From assembly GCA_964658305.1 (NCBI GenBank), contig OZ210885.1:1674001-1738000 (forward strand): 64,000 nt of DNA, in the 5' to 3' direction. This DNA comes from Leptogorgia sarmentosa (lineage: Eukaryota). Shown here piece by piece: positions 23,705 through 34,553 of this stretch; positions within the stretch are counted from its first letter, which is position 1, and each line of letters begins with the position of its first letter. A program made the position numbers and the translations under genes. Under the pieces are notes generated by a model. It saw nothing but the letters and a program-made list of their open reading frames with translations. It did no database searches and was not told the DNA's origin.

Positions 23705-26700
23705 GTAAGGCTATCACTGATGTTTTAACTTAATTTAATATTAAGATTCACCCTCGTAATTGATATAACGATTTCAGGCTTTCTACTGCTACAGGGTAAT
23801 AACATTTCGTCGATTAATTTTTAATATGACGTTTCGGAATGGCCCTTTTGTTTATGAATCTTTTGACGCTAAAATTGGTGAATAAAGCTATGTGAGATCT
23901 GTTCAGTTAAAATTCAACCGAGATTGAGCCCACAGTATTTAGGGCTAACACTTTACGCATTGCATTTGAGCTGTAAAATTTCACAGTGTTCGTCTGGGTT
24001 TTGAAGCTAGGTTTTAACAAATATTCCAATACATTAGGAGCAACAGGGGGCGAAGTTGGGTGATTCAAGTAGAACAACCTCAAACTGCGTCTTGTTTTGA
24101 AACATATTTTGCATTGTCAAGGAGTCTTGTCTCTTCGATCGGAATTTGCTTTTTACTTTAAATTAAATTAGGACTAATGTTTCCAGCATAGTCTTTCACA
24201 TAGCCTATAAACGTTTCAATACAACCTAATTTATTTCTAGGTACAGCACCTTTTGCTGTCATCTGTAACTTTCTTGCATTAGATTCACTTTAGATTAGCT
24301 GAAAATAAACTGAATTATCTGCACTGTTGGACTAATTCTAGGCTAATTGCATGTCTGTCGAGTTAGGAGTATAGTTCACATGCAGCAACGATAGGCAATT
24401 AAACTTTGAAGATTGGAATTAAGTCAGTAGGTAGGTTAATCCAAAATTGCTATGTTTCACTAGTATCCTTACAGTAATATAGTACGACATTAGAATGATT
24501 AAGACAAGACTAGATTTTTCATGTGTTCAAAAATGCTAAAATGTTACAGTGTTATAGGAAAAGAGGGATTGCGACATTTTGCCATCAGTTCCTCCAGTAA
24601 CTGAAATTAAATTTCATACAAATTCAAATGTTATGAATTTCCAACACACTACGTCTGATATTGCTTCAATAGGTCAAGCCAAGCGCATCATCTGAAGGAT
24701 TTTGTTTATAATATTATTATATGGCTTTATGGAAGTGCAATGCTCCGACTTGTATATAGCATTGCATTCTCACTAAATATGAGCGCTGCTACGTCGAATT
24801 ATTACTGAGTGGAATTTCCCTCAAGGTATAAAATATGAAGTTTAGTAACAAGCTGATTAAAACGTATAGTTGCATAATTATATACTAGTAGAATATAATT
24901 TAACGGCTAACTATTCAATGATTTTTGATTTTGCATTTAGTTGGGTACGGTTAGAGTCACTTGGACCAAATCAAGTGTATTCTATTAATGAGGTTTATAG
25001 GATCCTGATTTTTAATAGGTTATTCTACAATTAACGCCAAATGATGGTTACTAGATAACTTGTAGTGTAAACGGGTACCGGTATAGTTTAATAGTGAGAT
25101 CAGAGATAAAGCTTAGATCGCCGTATACCTAAACTAGTGACGTGTGCTGTAATAATCTCCTCATATTTACCTTGTTCGAAAATTGATGTTCATTTTGCCA
25201 GCTCACTGAATTAAGCTGATCAAAACTGAGCTCTTGCATTCGCTCACGGCCGTCTTCTTCAACTTCCCACCCACCCACACACTCAGTGAGGGGCGTAGCC
25301 ACGGGGAAAATGGGGGCGTTTCCAGACCCACATTTTTATTCAAAACATGACGTCTTTCAATTTCTTCAAAACCAAGCTTAGTAAAAAGCGGGAATAAGGT
25401 ACATCGAGTACATCTAAACACAGTAAACACCATTACATTCCCAATCCCAAAAAACTCTATAAAGACATTTCTTTTATTAACTATACACACGTATTAGGCT
25501 GTTTTATCGGCTGAACAACATTTGTTATTTTTAAGTTTGTAATATTTCTATGCGCAGGATAACTGTGTATGATCCGCTGGATGTAACAGCAGTTACAATT
25601 TATTCAGTATAACTGTATTATTGATATATTTTATATTAATAGGTAAATTTACCCTGTTCGTATAATATAAAATGTTCATAACACTGACCAGAAAGAGTCA
25701 CTGTTTAAAAATGGGCTCTGTCAAAGATCACAAATTTCTGACAAACACAAAATGACCTGATGCCATTTATTATTAGTCAGTTGACTTGCGCGAAGTACCG
25801 AACCTTGTAATTCCGATCATACCGAACTTCGCTACTGGGCGCTTATAAAAGGGCCCTGTAAGAAATTTACTACCGACTGTCAAACTATTAGAGATTACGA
25901 GCTCGAGATTTCTATGAGGTGATAGGCAGGGGCGTCGCTAACCCTGTTTAAATATGGGGGGGGGGTGTAAGGTTACATTTTGCCGAGTATTCAAAAGGTC
26001 TCTTCAAATTATGTCTATATACCCTGGTGTATGGAGTAGGCATTATACCATGCCACCAACTCTCACATAAGTAGAGACTGAAGAAATATATACAGTATTT
26101 TTATATCGACTGAACAAATATAATATACAGTATTTTTAATACCATATATCATACACGAACATATTGTTGAAGATTAAATTTGGTAATGCTGCCATACGCC
26201 CAAAGCATATCGATAATTTTTGTCAAACGCGACACTGTTTATTTGGCGCATTGTATGAGCGCATAAAGCCATAAACTACAGATAGACAACCATAAAATTC
26301 CACAGAAAGATAAAATTGGCAACAATATAACCTATAGTTAACTCTTGCGGAGTGCTACGTGTTTAAATCATATTATAGAAACACAAATATTTAAATTTAG
26401 GCAACCAGCGATGCAGTTTTTGAACCGTAATGCCTGTAACGGGTTACCCTCACACGGACAATGAAACATTGTAAGTTCCTGTTACGACTTCCGATTTTCA
26501 GTGCAGAAACAGCAGGGTACTTATTACGAATGTCAGCGAAGTGTCGAAACGCTAAAGAATATCGCTTAATCTTGATCGTCACACCCAGAAGCTGAGAAGC
26601 ATTTACGTTTCTGCCCAGAAATGCATGGTTTTTTAGCAGAGTTTACATTAGTCATTCTGTCAGCAAAAATTAAAAATCTGCCACTGCTGTTAGTGTCAAG

Positions 26701-27812
26701 CATTTAAAATGTTAATATTGCATTTGACAGTAAACTGTCTCATTTTTGAGCGTGACTGTTCGATAAACTCGGCGACTACTAAAATGAGATACAGCGATAC
26801 AGCGATACAGCGATACAACGGAGCCGGAGCTGGAGCCGGAGCCATTCATAATTATTATTTTAAACATTTAGCCGTTCAGGGGGAGGGGGGGGGGGGGTGG
26901 GTGGCGAACCAATATTATTCTCCCTAATATTTTTGAAAACGTTTTAAATGCGTGAAATAAAACTCTGCGCATAGGCATATTCAGCAAAGTTAAACAAAAC
27001 AAAGCCGAACAATGATTCGTGAACGTTGCGAACACGGTTCTTCGATATAGCGGGTCGCGCGAGGCGCGCAAGGCAATTCATACATATTGTATAAATGGTT
27101 GCGTATATAGTTACTTATGAGTTCATAACCCACAACCTCTCGCAAAGAAAACAAGTAAATCATTTATTTATTGAGTGTGTGTGCTTGAAGGTGATGTGGT
27201 CATTCTATGACAATACGACTTTTAAGCATATTTTGTACCTTCCTTGGTCCAAATACCTCCACAAACAAGTCAGGAAACTGTGAAAGCGGGGCGTTGTTTA
27301 CTATAAGGCTTGTAGAAATTCCACTCGTGGTTGTCATCCATTCATTTAACAGTAACAGTCTTACTGGCCAAAAGCTCAGATATTTAATATCAAATAAATA
27401 TAATGTATCCATAAAAACTATCGACAAGAAAAATAATTATCTTACAAAATATGAATTTGTGAGAAAGTCTTCCTAAACTCGCCTAACAGAAGTTACGTCG
27501 CAAATTAGCTAAGTATATTAATTTTATACGTTGAGACCAAATCGCTAATTTTGCTTTCACCTAATAATAACCAACTCGCTATAGTAGAGTGTATTTACGT
27601 TGAGACAAAATTGCCAAGATACTGTGGCCACATATATATAAGATATTACACGGTTGCGAGAAGATATGGATTTTATGTTCGAGTGTTTTAGTTTTATTAC
27701 ATAAAATCCATATCTTCGAGCGAACCGTGTAATGTTCTGTTTATTATATATAGGAAAACATGCAGTCTAAAACACGACAATTAATGGCTTTAAAATTAGC
27801 CTTTAGTAAATA

Positions 27813-28582
27813 CAGGGTGTATCGAAAAAAAGTTTTCTTTGGGAAATATTCCCAAAACTAACGAGCGCACGAAATTTGTGAAAACATTCATTTAAACTAG
27901 GTAGATTACCACCCTCTGGTACATCTAGCACTGAGTTTACTTAAAAATCCATCTTTTTTAGACTAGGAAATATGTTGTTGCAAGGCACTTAAGAAATGAT
28001 TTGCGCGGAAAAACTAAGCTCTTTTAACGGTATTTGATTTAATCGAGTCAAAATATGGAGCATGCTGTACACATTATTAAGGTTTCGTGAAGTTTGGTGC
28101 ACTCAGAGTCAACAGAGACATGTCCGAAAACTGGATTTTGCGTTCTTTCTTGCGTGATTACCGATTAATTTATGCATAATTGGATATTTGCATTAATTAC
28201 CAATGCAAATTGCAAGCTAATTCCCAAAGGTCCGTAATTACGCGTAGAAATTGCGAAAAATCCAGTTTTCGGACGTCGCACGTTCGTCTCAGCGTGCACA
28301 AAACTCAAAACTTGAATAGCTTGTATATCATACTCCATATTTTCATCCGATTAAATCAAACTGTGTGAAGAAAACTTATTTTTTCCGCGCAAGCCGATTT
28401 TAGTGGGCCTTTCTGTAACCACATTTCCCATTCTAAAAAAGTTTGTTTTTAAAATAAACTTAGTGCTGGATGTCCCAGAGGGTGTTAAACTATCCATGCT
28501 AACCGAAAGTTTTTGGAAATTTTGGGCGCTCGTTAGTTTAGAGAATGTTTTTCATGAGTAAACTTTTTTTTGATACACCCTG
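27813..28582. mobile_element. Tc1/mariner-like MITE nested in the 27637-30264 insertion
   Basis: ta|cagggtgtatcgaaaaaaagtt ... aactttttttgatacaccctg|ta, with long imperfect inverted arms. Confidence 0.8.
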
Positions 28583-28607
28583 TATAGATTATAAAATACC
28601 GCTTTAT

Positions 28608-28739
28608 TGTATCTGCGTGACGTAGTGACGCAGATATATTGCTATCGTGTTGTTGTATCTGCGTGACGTTGTGACGCAGATATATTGCTATCGAGTTGTT
28701 AGCTGTTAGCTGTTAGCTGTTAGCTGTTAGCTGTTAGCT
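28608..28739. repeat. Tandem duplication of about 46 bp followed by a (ctgttag)n microsatellite
   Basis: tgtatctgcgtgacg(t/a)gtgacgcagatatattgctatcg twice, then about 6 gttagct units. Confidence 0.8.
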
Positions 28740-30344
28740 TGCAGCCAATCAGCGAATTCGTTAGTTAAATTTAGCCAATAGGCGACAACGTAACATTAAG
28801 ATGACGTAATTCTCACTGAGCCTACCCGCAAATTTAAGGGAACCAACGTGGAGTTCTTGCGGGCTAAATATTACAAAATGGCGGCTGATATAGGCGCGAG
28901 CTAAAGAGTGGTGATGTGTTTGTCTGTTTGATCGTGGATTTTGTTTCGCATGAATATCCAGATATAAAGAAACATAATGTTCGCAGCGACGAGTGACTTC
29001 ACTGAAATAGAGGTTAATTTATGAGCGTTTGCGCCGTTTAGAACACTATTTATACTAAGGAAATTTATACGCAAAAATATCATGACGCAAATTGCAGACA
29101 TTGTCATTGCTTTTAAAGATATTAATTAAAGAGGTTCGCGTTCGCTATGCAATTTAGATCATCAAAGCAAAAATATCATGACGCAATTTATACAATTGAA
29201 CACAGCGAATATTTAAGGTTATGAAAGAGTTTAATCACTTTAATGTCTTGACACAATTTCGCGTATATTTTCCCTACGATACTTTAGCGTGTCGGAACTG
29301 TCGCACTGACACACTGTACATGTTTGGACTGCCCGCGATGTCATTGTGATCACGGAATATCTACTATATTTTGACGCTTCGCCATACGGAATGGTTGAAA
29401 CACTCAATCCCAGGAAAATAGATTTCGTAGCTTGTAATAACACGGGTCTGTGCGTTTATTAAGCGCGAGACAAAACGAACGAAATCATATATAGTTTCAA
29501 GTATTCTGTTTTGAACCTACGCGTACTGCGCATACCGATCATACATACACTTTAGCGTCTACGCAAATGCGCATGAATGGACGGAATATATTGTATATAA
29601 ATATATTATTATGATACGGTATTGAAAAGGGTAAATTTGGTTTTTAGAGAGCCACATTTTTCACAAACAATCGCAAAGCGCTGTGTCTATTTTGAAGACG
29701 CAATAACATAAAATGCGATATCATATGTCGTCAAGTTTCAATTCCTTATGCAATTTGATATATGATCGCAGGAATTCCGGAATGCGAGATAGTCATGAAA
29801 GCTTATATCAAGTATTGAATACGTCTCCGCACAACCTGTCAACCTCACGTCTTGAAAGGAATTAGTATTTGCGCTATTCGCCTATTCCCTAGCAGTAAAC
29901 CATTTTATACATGCAAGATCGCGTATTAGGGTCAGATAAGATGCGTGTATCGAAAAGCTGAAAACAAATAAGACTTGATCATCAAGCTACATAGGCGCAG
30001 ATACATGTACACTTTGTGTACCTATTTTTGTAGTTTATTGTAGTATTGTAGCTTTGTTCGTCGCAAAACGTACTAATATCGTCTTCGCTTAAATTCACAA
30101 ACCTTGAAGTAGATGCCATTTGTAAACAGCGAAAAAGGCGGGAAGGTTATGTCACCCCTAAGCGTCACATACGGAAAATAAGCGCACCGTATCCCGGATG
30201 TAGTGGCGTATGAGTTCTACGAGTGTTTTAGTTCCCAATAAAATACCGCTGTCCATATAATAAAATATGATATTACATGTAGTGAATATTCACTGATTTC
30301 GAATAAATATTTTTTGTTTCTTAGGACGTCTGACCAAGTCAACG

Positions 30345-33300
30345 ATGGATCCAGTTAAAGCTAAAGCTAACTACCTCAGATTATGTCAGCTATTGGTAGA
30401 CAAAGGAGGCGATGCATTGAGAGCTGCTCTTCATGTTAAACATCCGCCTGCAACTTTATCCACCGTATTGAATGCAAATAAACCAGCTTTGAAGAAGATA
30501 AGATACAGTGTAATTAACGCCTCGCAGTGGAAATTACTCTTTCCTGCTTCGGGGACACCAGATTCAAAACATTTTGATGTAACATTATTGACAATTCTTC
30601 TTCGAAATATTTGTGGATTGCTTCAACCAGCGACTGGATGGAATGTTATGCCTCCAGCCAGCGATACTTCGATATCAGCGAATATTACCAGAATTAAAAT
30701 CTTTAGAAACGAAGTTTACGGTCATACAGCAAGTGCTCAGCTAAACGACACTACATTTGAATCATTGTGGCAAGAAATTTCAAATTCTTTGGTGAAGCTA
30801 GGAATTCCTCAACAAGACATTGATGAACTGAAAGAAGCTCCTCTCAGTCCTGAAGAAGAAAGTTATGTTGCAAAATTGAAGGAATGGAAAGAACGGGACG
30901 ATGAACTCTTGTCAAAATTTTACGATCTTGAAAGAGGTATCCTCAATGTTGAAAATGAAGTGCTCGAGTTACGAAGGATAGTTGAAAATCCCGTGCCCTC
31001 ACTGGTCGACCAACTAGCCAAGTTTGAATCCACTGGAAAAATAAACAGCCTTTGTGGAAAATTTCAGGAAGACACTAGACAGTGGTTTTTTGACGAGCTA
31101 TCAGAGTGGTTTAATGATGAAGAATCCAGAGTTATGATTCTCACTGCAGGACCTGGTGTTGGGAAAAGTGTTTTGTCTGCAAAGGTTTGTGATCGCTACA
31201 GGCAAAACGGTCAACTCGCTGCTTACCACTTCTGTGATTTTAGAAATTCGGACTCGAGAGATCCCAACAAAATTCTCCAGTCACTCGCCAGCCAAATGTG
31301 CGAGAATGTCGAAGGATTTGGTGATAGATTAACTGAAATTCTTCGTCGTGACCATTCTCGAGACTCGCTCTCAGATGCATTTCGTGTTCTTTTGAATGAT
31401 CCGTTACATGCCGTGAACAGACGGGAACCAATGCTGATCGTTGTTGATGCTTTGGACGAGAGCAAAACTGATGACAAAAGTGAGTTTTTAGAGTTGATAT
31501 CAGACCTGTTTCCTGAATTGCCAGCATGGATTAAGATATTTATAACTAGTAGACCTGAATTACAAGTAAGAAGTAAACTTCAACGTTTAAATCCCTTAGA
31601 AATCCTTCCTGACGACCAGAAACATAATCTCGACTTACAACATTTCATTTTTCATTGTTTGCCAACCCTTAATGTACGTGATGTGCGCTCACTTGTTTCA
31701 AAATGCGAGGGTTCGTTTTTGTACGCTTATTACTTAGTTACTGAGTTAAAAGAAATGGACTTGGGAATTGAACCCAACCTTAGTGATTACGTTTCGAAAG
31801 GTATTTCCGGTTTTTACGAAAAACAGTTCAAACGTTTAAGAACAGACCTCCAACGTCTCAAACCAGACACGTGGTCAACAATCTTGAAGTGTTTTCGTAA
31901 TGTCGTTGCTGCTTCTAGGGAGCCCCTTCCTATTAAGATTCTTTTTGCATGCATGGGTTTATCTACTGAGGAGTATGAAGTACGTGAGAGGATCGTTGGT
32001 ATAATGTCAGAAATTCTTCCAATTTACGGAAGTTGCTTAACTGTTTACCACAAGTCTTTGTGGGATTGGCTGACATTGGATGAGCATGCGTTTGTGGGAG
32101 ATGCCGCTGAAGGCACAAAACGGCTTTCGCAGGTTTGTAGCAACATATACAGCGAAATTGCTTCGTTACAATCACTTTCAGATTTTAAAATTTCACTTGA
32201 AAGAGAATACGCTCTGCAGAATGGTGGGAAATATTTGCTGGATGGTGGTATCGCCGAGGATTATCACTGGCTGGTGGATGTCAGGTTGAATTTTTTAAAA
32301 TTCAAATTGTATGGCCATGATACTCCCACTGTTGATATTTCTCGCATTCTTGATCTTTATAAGACCAAACGTCCTGACTACCATTATTATATGAGGAACA
32401 GTCACCTGCTTTATTTTCTAGATATTATGAAAATTGATAGGTTAGACAACTTATCGTTGTTCAGGAAATCCCGAGGAGCGTACTACCTTTATTTGCAAAC
32501 TCTTGCAAACGGTATTTATCACAATGCGGAAGAGACTATCTACTGTAAGAACAGAGCAAGAGAGATTTTAGACGAATCAAACGAATTGTGGATAGAGAAA
32601 AAAGGAAACGAACACAGTAACGATTCTAATTTTAAAATTATTTCCCATGTTGTTATGTGCACAGATAAACAACGTTTTCTTTCTGAAAATGCCATGGCAG
32701 TATCTCCAAACAATAAGATGCTTGCGTATAGAAATGGGAGAACAGTGGAGGTGTTTGAATTGCCAAGTCTTCATATGGTTTTTAGGCTGAAAGTCACAAC
32801 TTTTAGCGGTGAATCAGATTGTTTGTTATTTTCTCCTGATTCTTCCTATCTTTTAAGTAATTCAGTCAGATCTTGCATTTCTATCAAAGACCAAAAAGAA
32901 GTGCCATTGATTCCTTCTGGTCCTGAGAGGGTCGATTGCTTCTCTTTATCTTCATGCGGAACCAAACTTGTTTCATCAGAAGAAAACCTGGTTAAAGTGT
33001 GGGATGTTGTAAAGAAAAGAGTATTAGTGCAAGTTATGTCTGAGATTCTTGTACCTGTAAAATATTGCATGTTTAGTGGATGTAACTCGTATATTCTTCT
33101 TTGTGGGCCTTTAAGACAAATGAAAGAATTTGATTTTAGTGATATTGTGATCTTCAATGTTGCAACTTCAGAAAGGATAGATGTCGAACAAATCGGTTGT
33201 GCTAAACCTTGCTTGATTCGTGATGATAACTACCAAATTATCTCACCGTCATACTGGGATATTCTCAGTTATAATCATAAATTTAAAATTCGCCATTTTC

Positions 33301-34553
33301 ATTTTCCGAGTGGTGGCATATTTCTAATTGCAAATAAGTATTGCTCAAAACCTTTCATATGGAAAGATAGAAAATGTGTGATGTACATGCCCAGTATTTC
33401 GCATTCGGCAGGAGTTTACGATTTTATAAACCAAGAATTCATTGAGTTGTTTCATATTGATTGCTTACCAAGAAACGTTTTTGTTAGTTGTATATCAAAC
33501 TTGGATGAGATGAATTCCTTCCTTTGTCTAAGCAGTGATGAAGTATTTGTTGTAGAGCTTGAATCTCCTCCAAATTATTCTGTCCGTCCTATTGTTAACT
33601 CCTCAGTTAACAAATGTTATGCCTTGTCTCAAGACAACTTGTATCTTGCATCGTGTGATGAGAATCGAATTTTGACAATTAGAAATGTTGATAACGGGAA
33701 CGTCTTGCAAACTCTTCAATTGACGGGAACACCGGAAGCTTGCTGGTGGTCGGAGTTGTATCTTTGGGTGATCTGTAAAGGTAAAGTTGCAAAATATCCT
33801 TATGATTCAACACAAACAAAAATGATGGGAAGTTGTGTTGAGGAACCTGCTGTAAGTTTTGAAAGTGTTCTTAAATTTTCAAATAGCGTTCTTGTCATTC
33901 GACTAAGTGACAACGAAAAAATTTCAATCTTGAAAATTCGCAACCAAAAAATTTACCTTCAACAAATTCCTGACTCTAATTTCAATGCCTCTTCCGTTGC
34001 AATAAGTTCAGATGGGTGTGCGGTTCTCTTATATCGTATGTCCAGTTTAGATTATCAGCTGTGGGAGATAGAGTGTGAAGACAGATGGAAAATCAGTTCA
34101 ACTGGAAAGTTCGCTCAATCTGACGTAGTATATTGGTTCTGTCTGACCGGAAGCGATAACTCTCGAAGTTCAGTATGGCTGACTTCTGCGGTAATTGAAG
34201 ACTGGGAAGACCTAAATGAACGCCTTTCTGTTTTTTCGATTAGTTTTCCAAGTTGCCAGCGTGGTTTCTTGCATCAACTTTCTTCAAAACCAGCTGGTAG
34301 CACAGTTATTTATGCAGACTCCAACATTCTAATTCTACATAACTATGGTTGGATATATTTTGTCAATCTCTCCAATGGGGAAATGCTCAATTCTTTATAT
34401 GTAGGCCTTTTTACTTGTTTCAAGGACGTGTCTTCCTTCTACATCCCTTCACGAGCCATACTTGTTTTAGCTGGCGAAATACATTTACATTTTTTTAAAA
34501 TTCATAACGTTGAAGGAAATTTACCCAGTATAGGCAGCATTGATCACATTTAA
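30345..34553 (+). CDS. NLR-like STAND protein copy 2: DZIP3-type HEPN, coiled coil, NACHT, degenerate WD40 propeller (1402 aa, single coding exon)
   Basis: Paralog of 16487-20677 with an intact ORF. HEPN motif RNEVYGH (30705-30725), Walker A GPGVGKS, Walker B LIVVDALDE and the same blade pattern. Confidence 0.9.
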   Translation: MDPVKAKANYLRLCQLLVDKGGDALRAALHVKHPPATLSTVLNANKPALKKIRYSVINASQWKLLFPASGTPDSKHFDVTLLTILLRNICGLLQPATGWNVMPPASDTSISANITRIKIFRNEVYGHTASAQLNDTTFESLWQEISNSLVKLGIPQQDIDELKEAPLSPEEESYVAKLKEWKERDDELLSKFYDLERGILNVENEVLELRRIVENPVPSLVDQLAKFESTGKINSLCGKFQEDTRQWFFDELSEWFNDEESRVMILTAGPGVGKSVLSAKVCDRYRQNGQLAAYHFCDFRNSDSRDPNKILQSLASQMCENVEGFGDRLTEILRRDHSRDSLSDAFRVLLNDPLHAVNRREPMLIVVDALDESKTDDKSEFLELISDLFPELPAWIKIFITSRPELQVRSKLQRLNPLEILPDDQKHNLDLQHFIFHCLPTLNVRDVRSLVSKCEGSFLYAYYLVTELKEMDLGIEPNLSDYVSKGISGFYEKQFKRLRTDLQRLKPDTWSTILKCFRNVVAASREPLPIKILFACMGLSTEEYEVRERIVGIMSEILPIYGSCLTVYHKSLWDWLTLDEHAFVGDAAEGTKRLSQVCSNIYSEIASLQSLSDFKISLEREYALQNGGKYLLDGGIAEDYHWLVDVRLNFLKFKLYGHDTPTVDISRILDLYKTKRPDYHYYMRNSHLLYFLDIMKIDRLDNLSLFRKSRGAYYLYLQTLANGIYHNAEETIYCKNRAREILDESNELWIEKKGNEHSNDSNFKIISHVVMCTDKQRFLSENAMAVSPNNKMLAYRNGRTVEVFELPSLHMVFRLKVTTFSGESDCLLFSPDSSYLLSNSVRSCISIKDQKEVPLIPSGPERVDCFSLSSCGTKLVSSEENLVKVWDVVKKRVLVQVMSEILVPVKYCMFSGCNSYILLCGPLRQMKEFDFSDIVIFNVATSERIDVEQIGCAKPCLIRDDNYQIISPSYWDILSYNHKFKIRHFHFPSGGIFLIANKYCSKPFIWKDRKCVMYMPSISHSAGVYDFINQEFIELFHIDCLPRNVFVSCISNLDEMNSFLCLSSDEVFVVELESPPNYSVRPIVNSSVNKCYALSQDNLYLASCDENRILTIRNVDNGNVLQTLQLTGTPEACWWSELYLWVICKGKVAKYPYDSTQTKMMGSCVEEPAVSFESVLKFSNSVLVIRLSDNEKISILKIRNQKIYLQQIPDSNFNASSVAISSDGCAVLLYRMSSLDYQLWEIECEDRWKISSTGKFAQSDVVYWFCLTGSDNSRSSVWLTSAVIEDWEDLNERLSVFSISFPSCQRGFLHQLSSKPAGSTVIYADSNILILHNYGWIYFVNLSNGEMLNSLYVGLFTCFKDVSSFYIPSRAILVLAGEIHLHFFKIHNVEGNLPSIGSIDHI

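Larger units (their letters stand above)
27637..30264 (-). mobile_element. About 2.6-kb insertion in the 5' intron of copy 2, probably a non-autonomous Crypton-like element
   Basis: Absent from copy 1, whose empty site reads catata|atatgatattacat at about 16421-16440. Left end is a hairpin at 27641-27738, right end is ccatataataaa. A minus-strand stub from 30119 reads MASTSRFVNLSEDDISTFCDEQSYNT. Confidence 0.65.

Noticed and set aside
16487..34553. Bacterial contamination or recent horizontal transfer of the intronless STAND genes
   Set aside because: They have spliceosomal acceptors and upstream UTR exons, base composition like the neighbouring exons, an animal-type DZIP3 HEPN and host repeats in the flanks. 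Ancient transfer cannot be excluded without a phylogeny.
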